The notes under the pieces are model-generated. The model saw only the letters and a list, made by a program, of their open reading frames with translations. It made no database searches and was not told where the DNA came from. The translations under genes and the position numbers were made by a program. This document shows, one piece after another, positions 1 through 54,384 of a DNA stretch of 64,000 nt. Source of the stretch: Octopus vulgaris (Eukaryota); the NCBI GenBank assembly GCA_951406725.2, contig OX597831.1, positions 29,016,001 to 29,080,000 on the forward strand, in the 5' to 3' direction. Position 1 is the first letter of the stretch. The number at the start of each line of letters is the position of its first letter.

Positions 1-16
1 ATGTGTCTGTGAGTGA

Positions 17-56
<40 letters not shown>

Positions 57-311
57 CATATGAGAGGGATGACCACTATGTGGATAACCCTTATGCTAGA
101 AGCAGATCTGCTATGGTCTTACCAATAAGAAATGTTCTCAAGAAATATTTAGCAAACACCAGAAGATAAACGAGCAAGACAAATGAAAAGCAACAAAAAT
201 ATAGATTATTCACATACATATTTCACTATTAACAGATTACCTAATTTTACTTACGCAATTTGTCTATAGATCTTAATTAAATTAATATTCAATTTCTCAC
301 CCTCATTTCAA

Positions 312-350
<39 letters not shown>

Positions 351-419
351 ATTGTCTCATTGTGAACAACAAACGAGGGTTCAGTAAAATAAAGGGTTAA
401 TTATGTTCTATGGCCGTGA

Positions 420-745
420 ATGTGTCTGTTGAGGGGCCTGCTGGTGTTTTGCAAACCTTTTGGCAAATGGAATAAGTTGAGAACTCAGTTTGCTTGTGGA
501 TCATTTACTATGTGTTTTCTTGGGTGGACAGCAAAGCCTGCTTTGCTTCGTGCCACACAGAACCACAATGATAAATAAGGTTTCCATTTAAAGGAGCAGT
601 GTTTTGCAAGTGTGCCTTCATGCTTGCACAAAGTCAGTCCCGATGTTGGAGTCGACTTAGCTCAAATCTTTGAACTGAGGAGAAGCAGGACTGGTGCCAG
701 GTTTTGAGTTCTAATGCTTTGTTTTCCCATGTGAACCTTCTCCAG
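420..745 (+). repeat. ~300-bp interspersed direct repeat (second copy ~4440-4742)
   Basis: Shared aaaccttttggcaaa..actcagtttgcttg..aaggtttccattta..gatgttggagtcgactt..tctaatgctttgttttccca. Confidence 0.75.
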
Positions 746-1289
746 CACTCTCTGTATAACCTAAGAGTGCTTGTAACCTCCCCTACTTCTGTTAAGTAGA
801 TTACTGGAACTATAGCCATCCAAGACCAGATTTGGGGTAAATAATGGAGTGGTTTCCTGTCGCCTTCTCCAGGCAGGTGGGATTTGAACTCAGAATGTAG
901 AGAGCCGGAGGATATACCGTAAATGCATTTCTGCTAATGTGAAATGAAGCTTCTGGGAATCGAACCCAAGATCTAGTGATCATGAGTGACACATCCGAAC
1001 TCTAGGCCATGCACCTTCACACACACGTATGTGTGTGAAATAAAAATATGCTTGATACTGTGGTGGTATATGTAATATGCAGAGATACAAGACATGTCAT
1101 ATAGAAATGTAGATATCATCATCATCATCATCATTTAACGTCCGCTTTCCATGCTAGTATGGGTTGGACGGTTCAACTGGGGTCTGGGGAGCCCGAAGGC
1201 TGCACCAGGCCAGTCAGATCTGGCAGTGTTTCTACAGCTGGATGCCCTTCCTAACGCCAACCACTCCGAGAGTTTATGTTATACATAAA

Positions 1290-1770
1290 TATTGGGTTGG
1301 TGTAGAATTATTGCAGCTTGTTATGCATTCTTTGGTTCGTGATGGGATGATAGACAACTCACTGAAGGCATTGTTATTGTTACGTGTTTATTTTGCTTAA
1401 CCTGTTCACGAACTGTCAATATACAGCGGAGTGATGCACATTGTGCATATCCGCCTTCGCAGTTCATACTGTTTACTAACAAATAGTGCCAATAGTGGGG
1501 ATGCATCCATACATGCGTATACACATAGATATGGACGTGTACACAGCTTTTTTTACAACAAATTTTATTCAACAAAAACAATAACAATATTTAACAAAAA
1601 CATCTTTAAATGACAGTCTGACTGTCTGCCAAGCAAATGGGAAGCAGTAACTGAAGTAGATGGTGAATATGCTCCGGGATAATCATTTAAAGATGTTTTT
1701 GTTACATGTTGTTATTGTTTTTGTTGAATAAAATTTGTTGAAAAAAAATCCGCAGTAATTATGCACCAAC

Positions 1771-1776
<6 letters not shown>
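1290..1776 (+). mobile_element. Mariner-derived MITE
   Basis: TIR tattgggttggtg(t/c)a ... tgcaccaacccaata; internal remnant LPSKWEAVTEVDGEY resembles a mariner transposase C-terminus. Confidence 0.75.
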
Positions 1777-1825
<49 letters not shown>

Positions 1826-2829
1826 GAGATATGTAAGATATCTTTCCTAAAGATGTTATTACATTGTATGTAGCAACTATACTTCAAATATATATCATGC
1901 CTTAGCTCTATAACAATTTAGGGCTTATAACCCCTAGAGATAATACACCAATAGTGAGATTCTTTAGTTACTATATCCACAGTGTTGCTTAGTTGTTTTT
2001 GTTGATGTTGGTCCCAGGGCAGTGAACCTTGATTAAACGTACTTATGGTCAAGCCATTCCAGACATGACCATCTTCACTTTATTTTTCCCAGTGTTGTCT
2101 TTTCCTTTTGAGGTGGGATGTAATATGAGGGAGCTTTGGCTGAAGTTTCTAGCAAGTCAACACATCATGTAGAGTCTCTCTCTCGTTAGATTACTAAATC
2201 CTTGTTCTCACATGATATTACTTTAAATGGGTAATCAGTGAATTGACAGGACCACGTTTTAATGTTTTTTAACATCTCTTTCTCTCTCTCTCTCACTCAC
2301 TCACTCACATGCAGTAATTAGATGACATAATTAAACAGTCATTAGATGTGACCATGTTTAACCTTTTAGCATTTAAACCAGTCATATCCAACCTAAATAG
2401 TTTTATTTTGAAATCAGCCAGATCTAGCCTCTCACACCAACTCTACAGTGTCATTCAAAAAGTAAACGATCACATCATCAAAATCTTAAAGCGACAAGAT
2501 AATGCATGATTAATTGAAAACAATGTGAATAATTAAGTATTACACTTGGCGTAGCATTCATTATAATCATCCTCATTTTCATCACTGAACATCTGTTTTC
2601 CATGGTAGCATGGGTTAGATGATTTAACGGGAGCTGTTAAGGCCAAGGGCCACACCAGATTCCACTGCCTCTTTTGGCATGATTTCTACAACTGGATGCT
2701 AAATATTTTATTATAGAGTTGATTAACTAATTAAGTTCCATAATTACACACACAAACACACACACACACACAAATACTAGGTTGACTTGAAGAATCTGCT
2801 GGGGGGAAATAATTGTCGAAAGAATTTAC

Positions 2830-43753
<40,924 letters not shown>

Positions 43754-43966
43754 CTGAAATACAACAACAAACAAAGAATTAGAAAAGCAAAACATGACAC
43801 CAATAATCCTTTCTACAATCCACAAACAACATCAATAACAACAATAAATAATTTGCCTCAAGGACAACAAATGAGGATACATTACAAAGACAATCAAATT
43901 TCTCCTGAAATGCAAGAAAAAAAATTAAAACTTTGCTGCCCAAAGTATTTTCAGAATTTTATCCTA

Positions 43967-44698
43967 GGAGTGGCTGTGTGGAAAGTAGCTTGCTTACCAA
44001 CCACATGGTTCTGGGTTCAGTCCCACTGCGTGGCACCTTGGGCAGGTGTCTTCTACTATAGCCTCGGCCCGACCAAAGCCTTGTGTGTGGATTTGGTAGA
44101 CGGAAACTGAAAGAAGCCCATCGTATATATGTATATATATAAATATATATACATATATATACATATAGATTGAGATAGGGGTTGTAAATGCAACCCTCCA
44201 TGGGATAACTTATATCCAATATACTGCTAGTGAAGTACCCAACAAAGTTAATACATAAATGTTAAGGATTGCAATGCAATCAATTCATTTACTGTATTAT
44301 ATGGGCAAAGGTAAAATGATTTACCACAAATTACTAATACAAGATAAGAAAATGGAGAAATACATCTAAATCAAATATCAATTATCAGATAATACTCAAT
44401 CACATACTTTATTAAACCACCACATAAGAGACTGTAGGGTTAAACATAAAAAAGCAGAACAAATCAGTGTACATAAAGGAATGTACATAAAAAAGTGTAC
44501 ATAAAAGAGTAATGTTTATAATAAGTAGAATATATATATGTACACTTTTTTATGTACATTCCTTTATGTACACTGATTTGTTCTGCTTTTTTATGTTTAA
44601 CCCTACAGTCTCTTATGTGGTGGTTTAATAAAGTATGTGATTGAGTATTATCTGGTAATTGATATTTGATTGAGATGTATTTCTCCATTTTCTTATCT

Positions 44699-44735
<37 letters not shown>

Positions 44736-44930
44736 GCGTGTATATGTTTGTGTGTGCGTATTTGTACCCCCAACATCGCTTGACAACCGATGCTGGTGTG
44801 TTTACATCCCCGTAACTTAGCGGTTCAGCAAAAGTGACCGATAGAATAAGTACTAGGGTCGATTTGCTCGACTAAAGGCAGTGCTCCATCATGGCCACAA
44901 TCAAATGACTGAAACAAGTAAAAGAGTAAA
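43967..44930 (+). mobile_element. CORE-type SINE family C with central (TA/TG)n (also 20530-20900, 42404-42735, 48465-49130, 60362-60750)
   Basis: ggagtggctgtgtgg...gggttcagtcccactgcgtggcaccttgggca head and aaacaagtaaaaga tail; this copy hosts the fold-back insert. Confidence 0.7.
44169..44703. mobile_element. (TA)n-inserted fold-back element, same family as 54050-54386
   Basis: 167-bp inverted repeat (44337-44503 / 44537-44703); the single-copy end is homologous to the reverse complement of 54200-54380; inserted in the TA tract of a SINE. Confidence 0.6.
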
Positions 44931-45039
44931 CATCCATGCTTATTTTCATATTTTCTGAGTAATATAAAGCATTCCTTTTGTAAGACACAAGTCAAACTGG
45001 TAGTTAAAAAAAAGGGGTGGGTGTATATCGTATATGATG

Positions 45040-45375
45040 CATAGATGCCAGGGAAGTATGTCCTGTTTATCACATCTGATACAAAAGACAGGCAAAAAGG
45101 TTATGGTAAACGTATAGGAGTTCTTGGAGAAACCAGCAGCCATCTGAGGGAATGATAGTGTGAATGTATTATGGAACTCCAGCCTCCCTCTCAAAGAGAA
45201 TTGGTGGGAACATAAACCAACACGAATTGTCTAGAATGCTGAGGCTACCATCTTTTGGAATTCCAACGTACAGACTGATTGGGAAATTCGGGTTGGCCCA
45301 CCAGATAGCATTGTGAAAAATCATGTTGAAAAGACATGTATTTTGATTGATGTTGCAGCCCCATATAATAATAAC

Positions 45376-45422
<47 letters not shown>

Positions 45423-45615
45423 TAATAATAATAATATAATAATAAAAAAATATTTGAAAACATTTGAGAAATTGAGCAAATATAAGGACTTGGAAGGTAG
45501 AAATCAGAAGAAGGTGACGTTTCAAAGCAACAAGATTATTTATTATTATTATTATTATTGGAACACTTGGAATGATATAAAAAGGAGCAAACGAAAATAT
45601 GTGGACACCAAGGAA
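45040..45615 (+). mobile_element. Degenerate R4/Dong-like RLE fragment
   Basis: WWEHKP...TIFWN...PDSIVK...CILIDVAAP-(TAA)n-EKLSKYKDLE. Confidence 0.7.
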
Positions 45616-48600
45616 ATCTGTTCTGTGTATCGTGTTATAAACAGGACAGACAAAGGGTTCAACAACAACATCAATAATAATATTAGCCACTTGCTATAAG
45701 GGCAATAAATAAGATAGAGGAACAGGTTACCAAAAGCAGAGAGGGGGGGGCAGAGGTTTACATTGTAGGTGAACAAAATAAAACAAAAAATGTGACTGTC
45801 TATTCCAGTGGTTTCAATTGGGGCCCATATGGCCTTCTGGGGTCCACATAAAATTTTGTTGCCGAGATTTATGAGTAAAAAACTGGCTATACTTCTACCA
45901 TACATAACATATTTTAACAATTTTTTAAATTCAATTCCAAATAATATTTAATTATTTTTATGTAATTGGATTTTTTTAAACAACAAATAACTACAAGGAT
46001 CCTGCAGAGTAAGACGAAAATGAAAGGGGTTGATTTGCTCAACTAAAACCCTTGAAGGGCATTGCCCCAGCATGGCCACAGTCCAAATAAATACAAGAAA
46101 TTAATAAATCTAAATAAAAAGAATCAATATTTATGTTGTTTTGGTGGCATTTTTTTCGTAATCTAGACTTAGTTGTTTTGTTTTTGCCTTCTTCAATTTA
46201 ATCCATTTTGATTTTTTTAATTTTATTTTTGTTCTATGAAGCTTGTGTGTGGGGGGGAGGGAGACAGAGATGTTGCCATTGTTGTTGATGGTGGTGGTGG
46301 TAGTATAAATTCTCTCTGACTAATTAAATCGAAATTCCAGGGTAACCAAGTTTCCATCAACATCATCATCTTCACCATATACTTTTTCTTACTATCAACC
46401 TGGACTCCCCCACCCCATCCCAAACCACCCCGTCCATCACCTCCTGCCTCTACCAACTCCAGTTCCTAATCTATTGATTTTTATTGCCAGAGTCCAAATA
46501 TACTGTTCCATTATCCTGTCTTATGCAAAGAACATTAGTCAATTGCCATTTGTAGAAATTCCTACAGCCAGGTTAGATTCTCCGCCAGTGATTTAGCCCT
46601 CGATGCCAAATCATTACACTAATTGAATCGATTATTTCTAGCCTTACGACAAAAGATTTTACTAATATTTAGGTATTTGGGGGGACAATTTATTATGTAA
46701 ACAGAGGTAAGATAGCACGACTGGAAAAGAAAAAAACATGCACAAATGTTTATATGTGTGTGTGTGTGTGTGTGGTTGTGTAGTAAGTCAATCTAATTGA
46801 CTGGCTCCCTCCCCCAAAATTCAGGCCTTGTGCCTATAGTAGAAGGATTATTATTATTATTATTAGGGTGACAAGCTGCTAGAATTGTTAGCATACTGGG
46901 CGAAATGCTGAACGTATTTCGTCTGTCTTTATGTACTGAGTTCAAATTCCGCCAAGGTTGACTTTGCCTTTCATCCTTTAGGGGTAGATAAAATAAGTAC
47001 CAGTCAAGCACTGGGGTCGATATAATTGACTAGCCCCTTGCCCAAAATATCAGTGTTATACCTGTACCTGCTTAGTACTTTATTTTAGCTACTCAAGTCC
47101 CTCACCACCACAACAACGACCACAGATGTTTATCACTGATGTCAGAGACAGTCTGTTCTTTGGAGTGTCCAGTGTGGCAACGTCCACCTGAATTACTGCT
47201 GTTGAATGTTACTACTATGTCACTCCTCTTCCTCATTCACAATTTTCTCTCTCTCTCTCTCACTCAATACACATTTTTCTGACAAACTCACTACAGCTAT
47301 TATACTCATTACAATTAATCTCCGCCCCTCCCTCTCTCACACACACACACACATTTCTCATATGTAAACACTACAGCTGCTATACATACACTGCAATTAA
47401 TACCACTGCTAATGATGTTCAAACATAATCTCATTCACAGCACACCTACGCAGGTGTCATCACACACCCTCCGAATTTTCTAATGAATTTTCTGGTTGTG
47501 TAGTCAAGAAGCTTGCTTCCTAGCCATGTGGTATCAGGTTCAATCCCATGGCACCTTGGGCAGGTGTGTCTTCTTCTATAACTCTTGTCTGATCAAAGCC
47601 TTGTGAGTGGATTTGGTAGACACAAACTGAAAAAAGCCCACCATGTATGTGTTTGTGTGTGTGTGTGTGTGTGTGCACATGTGTGTATGTGTTTGTGTCT
47701 GCATGTGTCTGTGTATATGCATGTGTGTGTGTGTATATGCATGTGTGTGTGTGTATATGCATGTGTGTGTGTGTATATGCATGTGTGTGTGTGTATATGC
47801 ATGTGTGTGTGCGTGTGCGTACCTGTGTATGAGTGTGTGTGCATGCATGTGTGTGTATCTTTGTATTTGTCTACCACCGCCGCCTGACAACTGGTGCTGG
47901 TTTGTTTATGTCCCCTATAACCGAGCAGTTCAATAAAAAGCAACCACGAGAACAGATACCAGGCTTAACAAAAAAATATTAAAATAAAAAGACTAGCATT
48001 GATTTCTTGACTAAACCCTTCCAGGTGGCACCCCAGCATGGCCACAACCCCAAAACTGAAACAAGTAGCAAATAAATACCTTTCAAATGTTATAGATTAT
48101 GATTATGTCAGAATTTAATGAGAAAAAAAGAGAAAAATTGGTTAGCATGCACGCATACATTCCGTCTACCAAATCCACTCACAAGGCTTTGGTCAGCCCG
48201 AGGCTATAGTAGAAGACACCTGCCCGAGGTGCCACGCGGTGGGACTGAACCAGGAACCATGTGGTTTGTAAGCAAGTTACTTACACATCACATAATCTTT
48301 TCCGAATTTCAAGCCTCATTTTGTGGATATTTTTGTGAAATGTGATTTTGAGTATGTGTGTGAGTGCCTGTCAAATTTTTCTGTTCACATTAAATTCTGA
48401 TATAATTATAATCTATACTGTCTGAAGGTATTTAGTGAAAATTTCGTTAAAAAATACCAACTAGGCACAGGCATGGCTGTGTGGTAAGAAGCTTTGCTTC
48501 CCAGCCACATGGTTCCAAGTTCAGTCCCACTGCATGGCACCTTGGGAAAGTGTTTTCTACTATAGCCTCGGACTGACCAAAGCCTAGTGAGTAGATTTGG

Positions 48601-48642
48601 TAGACGGAAACTGAAATAAGCCAATCGTATATATATATACAT

Positions 48643-48701
<59 letters not shown>

Positions 48702-49404
48702 TATATATACTCATCTGGCACCTGTGCCGGTGGCACATAAAAAGCACCCACTACACTTATAGAGTGGTTGCCGTTAGGAAGGGCATCCAGCCGTAGAAAC
48801 ATTGCCAGATCAGACTGGGCCTGGTGCAGCCTTCTGGCTTCCCAGACCCCAGTTGAATCGTCCAACCCATGCTAGCATGGAAAGCAGACGATGATGATGA
48901 TGATGATGATGATGATATACATGTATGTATATGTTTGTGTGTCTGTGTTTGTCCCCCCACCATTGCTTGACAGCCGATGTTGGTGTGCTTACGTACCTGT
49001 AACTTAGCGGTTTGACAAAAGAGTCTGATAGAATAAGTACTAGGCTTACAAAGAATAAGTCCTGAGGTCAGTTTGTTTGACTAAAGGCAGTACTCCAGCA
49101 TGGCCGCAGTCAAATGACTGAAATAAAAAACTCATCTCTAAGTTATGAGGAAACAAAGTTGATTTGTGTGAATTATCGAAACCCCTCTAACCACCACTTC
49201 CAAAACAACTTTTTTAACAGTAGATTCTGATATAACCAAAATCTATAATATCTGAAAGGCATATGTTAAAAATTTCATTAAAAAATATCTATTTTTCCAA
49301 AAGTTATGAGGAAACAAAGTCAAAGAGGCATATCTACTTTTGTGTCACTATGTTTCCATTCATATTCTGGATGTTTTTTAAGAATATAAATCAAATCAGT
49401 ACAA

Positions 49405-49695
49405 TTATTACCTCCGCCTTCGTGAAGGCGGAGGTATTGTTTTCAGTCATGTTTGTTTGCTTGTCTGTCTGTGGAGAAGATATCTCAAGAACCACTGGAT
49501 GGATTCAGATGAAACTTTCAGGGATGTTTGGCATGAACTGATCAGATTTCGGGATCGATCCAGTACCGGACAAGGATTCTGGATTATTTTTCCAGTTTAT
49601 TTCACATATTCTCATTTTAAAAATCATCTCTGGCTAATTATTGAGAGGATGTTGGTGTTGCCTTGGCGGAGGTTTGCACTCTCTGAGTGCTTGTT
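49405..49695 (+). mobile_element. Helentron/HINE (DINE-1-like) non-autonomous rolling-circle element
   Basis: 5' ttattACCTCCGCC..hairpin, (GTTT/GTCT)n tract, 3' subterminal inverted GGCGGAGGT and terminal hairpin gcactc..gagtgc-tt. Confidence 0.6.
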
Positions 49696-50999
49696 ATTAT
49701 AATTATTATTACTAAGGTAGCAAGGTGACAGAATTGTTATTGTAACAGGTAAAAAGCTTAGCGACATTTCATCTATCTACATGCTCTGAGTTCAAATTCC
49801 ACTGAGGTTGACTTTACCTCCCATCCTTCTTGTAGTCAATAAAATAAGTACCAGTTGAATACTGGAGTTGATGTAATCAACTTACCCCCTCCCTGGAAAT
49901 TACTGGCCTTGAGCCAAGATTTGAAAATGATATTTTGAAAATCCTTTTGTGGGTCAATAAAATAAATACCAGTTGAGTACTGGGATCCATATAATTGACT
50001 TACCCTCTCCCCTGAAATTGCTGGCCTTGTGCCAAAATGTGAAACCACTATCCTTATTATTATCATTACTATTAAGGCAGCGAGCTGGCAGAACTGTTAG
50101 CACTCCAGGTGAAACACTTCGTGGTATTTCATCTGTCTTCACGTTCTGAGTTCAAATGCTGCCGGGGTCAACTTTGCCTTTCATCCTTTTGGGGGGGTCG
50201 ATGAATTAAGTACCAGTTATGCACTGGGGTTGATGTAATCGACTCATCCCCTTTGCCCAAATTTTAGGCCTTGTGCCTATAGTAGAAAGGATTATCATCA
50301 TCATCATCATTATTATTATTAGTAGTAGTAGTATTAAGGCAACGAGCTGGCAGAATCATTAGCAGGCCAGGCAAAATGCTAAGTGGCATTTTGTCCTTCT
50401 TTACATTCTGAGTTCAAATTTCACCAACATCAACTTTATCTTTCATTCATTCTTTTGGGGTCAATAGAATAAAGCACCAGTCAAGCATTGGGAGCGATGC
50501 AATCAGTTGACTCCTTTCCCCTTTCCCCCCAAACTTTCAGACTTTGTGCATATAGTAGAAAGGTGAAGAAATAAAAAAAAAAAGAGGGGTCGATCTAGGA
50601 TGAAAGCACACCAACCACAACAGGACGTAACCAAATAGGAAGAAAGAGGAAGAGCAGGAGGAGATGGAGAGAAGGTGGAGGTTTAATAGGCCTGACGTGA
50701 GGAGAATCAGCTGGATTAATCGAAAGCAGCTCTTGTACGGAGTGAACTATAAATAGCGATCAGGAACGGAGAAATCAATAGGTAATACCACAGTAAACAC
50801 ACTGAACAGTGAACAATTTGTGGGAAACAATTATTTTCAATGCTGATGAGTATTGATTTGTGTTCACGGCAGAGAAGTAGCGATCACCATCACAGATACA
50901 CGCACCAATGATGTTAACAAGCTGACAACAGAACCGCTGTATGGTCACTGAAAACTACAAGAAATGGTACCATAATCACCTCAAATAACAAACCAGCAC

Positions 51000-51048
<49 letters not shown>

Positions 51049-51236
51049 TTGTGTTGTTTGTATTTATAATTGAAATATGTAGTGAATAGTGCAATCCTGT
51101 TTTCAAATATACTGTCTGAGTAAAGAAAGGATGGTCATGGCTGGAGCATTGTTGATTACAAGTTTGCCTGATCAGGACTGAAGATAGGATTAAATACTAA
51201 CAGCTACTGAGTAAACAAGGGAACCTTTATATAGTC

Positions 51237-51495
51237 ACATGATATGGAGGTGACCAATCACAGGACACGGAAGAGACCAACCACATGATGTGGAAGTGAC
51301 CAATCACATGACATGGAGGTAATCAATTACAGGACATGGAAGTGACCAATAACAGGATATGGAAGTGACCAATCACAGAACAAGGTGAGCAATCACATGA
51401 CATGGAAGTAACCAATTACAAGACATGGAGGTGACCAATCATGACATGCAGGTGACCAATCAGAGAGTCTCAGGACATAGCGGTAACCAATCAAG
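51237..51495. repeat. ~22-bp minisatellite (ACATGGAAGTGACCAATCAC consensus), ~11 units
   Basis: Direct tandem units visible; 8 retain CCAAT. Confidence 0.85.
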
Positions 51496-53030
51496 TAAAA
51501 GCATTCCTGACCCAGATACACTTAACAGTCAACACTACAGTCCACCTAGCTGTAAATAGGTACTACAGTGTAGTATAATTCACTGTACTGTGTCCATGGC
51601 CAAGTCACTTAATTGTCAACAGTCCAGGCTACCTGGCCGTAAGTAGACCACTGTACTGTGTCCCACAGCCAAGACACTTCACTGTCAGCAGTTCAAACCA
51701 GTTCGCTGTAAGTAAAAAATTAAACAGAGAAACACCAGGCTAAATGACAATCACTGGCTGTGTTTTACCTACTCTGTGACCGATTTGGAAAAATACCAGT
51801 AAGATACTGAGGTCAAGGGAACTAGGCAAGCTGGCAGATACGTTAGCATGCCGGGCGAAATGTGTAGCCGTATTTCGTCTGCTGTTACGTTCTGAGTTCA
51901 AATTCCGCCGAGGTTGACTTTGCCTTTCATCCTTTCGGGGTCGATTAAATAAGTACCAGTTACGCACTGGAGTCGGTGTAATCGACTTAATCCGTTTGTC
52001 TGTCCTTGTTTGTCCACTCTGTGTCTAGCCCCTTGTGGGCAGTAAAGAAATAGGAACTAACTATATGCTCTTCTCAATAAATGTGTTGCCTCGGGATAGC
52101 CTTTATTTTAACAACAGTGGTGACTATCTTTGAGATATTAAGAAGTTTGTTGAAGGAGATACATGGAAAACCTATGAAGAAGTCTCTGCGGAGATTTGGG
52201 GCTTGGTCAATCAGTTATGAACTTGGTCTCTCAGCAAAGCCATATCTCAAACACCTGTTGTAATCCAGCACTGAAAAGATTTAACTGTCAGATGTAATGC
52301 TTATTTATTCACATTGTTTTGAATTGATCATTCCTTATCTTGTAGCTTTGAGATTTCAATAAAGTGACTGTTTACTTTTAAAATGACATTGCAGAGTAGA
52401 TGAGGGAGACAGTTTGAACCAGTTTGAACAGGAAACAGGTAGGAAATTTTGGGTCAGGGATACTGTACAGTGGACTAGACCGCAGTGTGGTATCCACTTG
52501 CAGCCTAGTGGCCTGACAATATTTGGCCAGTTTGAACAGGAAACAGGTAGGAAATTTTCGCTAGATATGACCAGTGCAATGCTAAAGGGTTAAACTCAGT
52601 TAGAAACCAGTCTGTGTGTCCTAAGAAGAAAGGCCAGGCCACAGAGCTGTCTTCATAAACCTGAAGTTATGAGTTCAGTATTTAGCCAATTCAAACAAGG
52701 GTTTTGATAATTTGGCAGCATGACTGAAGGTGCCAGAATGTTAACATGTGTGGCCAAACCATTTGAAAACTTCCAGGAAGTAACCACTGAAGAACACAGA
52801 CTACTAAAAAGTACTCAAAGTTTTTTTCTTTTTATTCTTAGTCTTCAGGTCAGTACCCCACCCCCTCGATACAGTGGGTGGGGTTCTGACCACTACCAGC
52901 TTAACAATAATTTAAAACAAGGTCAGTGTTTGTGCTGAGGAAACGGTACAGCAGGCGAGAAAAGAATCAATATTTATAGACAGAAAACGAATTAATCAAT
53001 ATAGAAATATTGTTCTGTTGCCAAGGTTAC

Positions 53031-53063
53031 CTCACAAAGTAGATCCATCTCTGAAGTTGTCAT
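53031..53063 (-). CDS. MYO5: Candidate first coding exon of myosin V-like gene (MTTSEMDLLCE)
   Basis: ACC-ATG context, 11 codons, then a GAG|GTAACC phase-0 donor. Resembles the short first coding exon of myosin V (MAASELYTK type) and is in phase with exon 43753. Confidence 0.45.
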
Positions 53064-53993
53064 GGTTATTTCACAAGTCACAACTTATATAATCTACTAG
53101 TAATTCTTTATCACAAGTTCATATCCCACTAAAGACAGTTATTATTACAGGCTTCAAATTAATGGCATCTGGCTGGAGAGAAATGTCCCATTCCAGGCCA
53201 CTAGGCTGCAAGTGGATACCACACTGCGGTCTAGTCCACTGTACAGTATCCCTGACCCAAATACACTTAACTGTCAACAGTCCAGTTCACCTAGCTGTAA
53301 ATAGGTACTACAGTGTAATATAATTCACTGTATTGTACCCTTGGTCAAGTCACTTAACTGTCAATAGTCCAGTCTATCTGACTGTAAGTAGATACCAAAC
53401 TGTGTCCATGACCAACATACTTAACTGTCAGCAGCCCAGTTCACTTAGCTGTAAGTAGGTACCACATCGTGGAATATAAAGGTACTGATACGGACAGTGG
53501 CTACACTCAATAATCAAACAAGCAAGTCATTGCCCAACCAAGATTGTTTCATTTTTCACAAGGAGAGTTACATGTAAAAGACTAGCATACACTCCAGGAA
53601 GAGTGGTTTTTATCCTTCATCAATTTAATAACAGAAACCTCAGAGATAAGGGTCCATTTATGTGGTTCATTAGTAATTTGACAGGACGTGTCCTGTCTTG
53701 CCTTCGAAACACGCTATGTCTGCTAGCTGACAGCTGATGAAGGGGATTTTTCCTGTGTAGCATGTCCTGTACTACGTTTTCCTGCTGTACATAATGTTTT
53801 TCCCGTTTTCGTCTTGTTCCACGTCTCTGTCCTTCTGTTGTAAAAAAATGGCTTTTCCGTTTTCGTTTCTGTTGATTTTTATGTCTTTTTGTGGTGTCCT
53901 GTCCGTATATATATTTATATATGCATGTATATATACATGTAGATGTCGGTACGTACATATATGTTTGTATGTATGCATATATTTTATTTATTA

Positions 53994-54049
<56 letters not shown>

Positions 54050-54056
<7 letters not shown>

Positions 54057-54384
54057 AAATAAGAAAATGGAGAAGCACATTAGTTGGTTCATCAACTTTA
54101 GGAAATTAAAATGTTGACTTATTTATTTATCAAAATGACAAGTCAACAGTGCCCAACATTCTAATATCCTAAAGTTGATGAACCAACTAATGTGCTTCTC
54201 CATTTTCTTATTTGCAATATAAATTAATGGTAAAATATTTCTTTACATTCACCCATTTAGTATAAGTAAGTTTATTGCATTGCAATTAAAAACACTTGTG
54301 TATTAATAATTGGGTATTATACCAACAGTATATTGAATAAGTATTATCCCTTAGTGGGTTGGATTCACAACCCCTAACTTTCTT

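Noticed and set aside
47106-47187. AG..GTGAG-bounded possible exon (VDVATLDTPKNR...)
   Set aside because: No myosin similarity, weak acceptor, and phase incompatible with exon 43753
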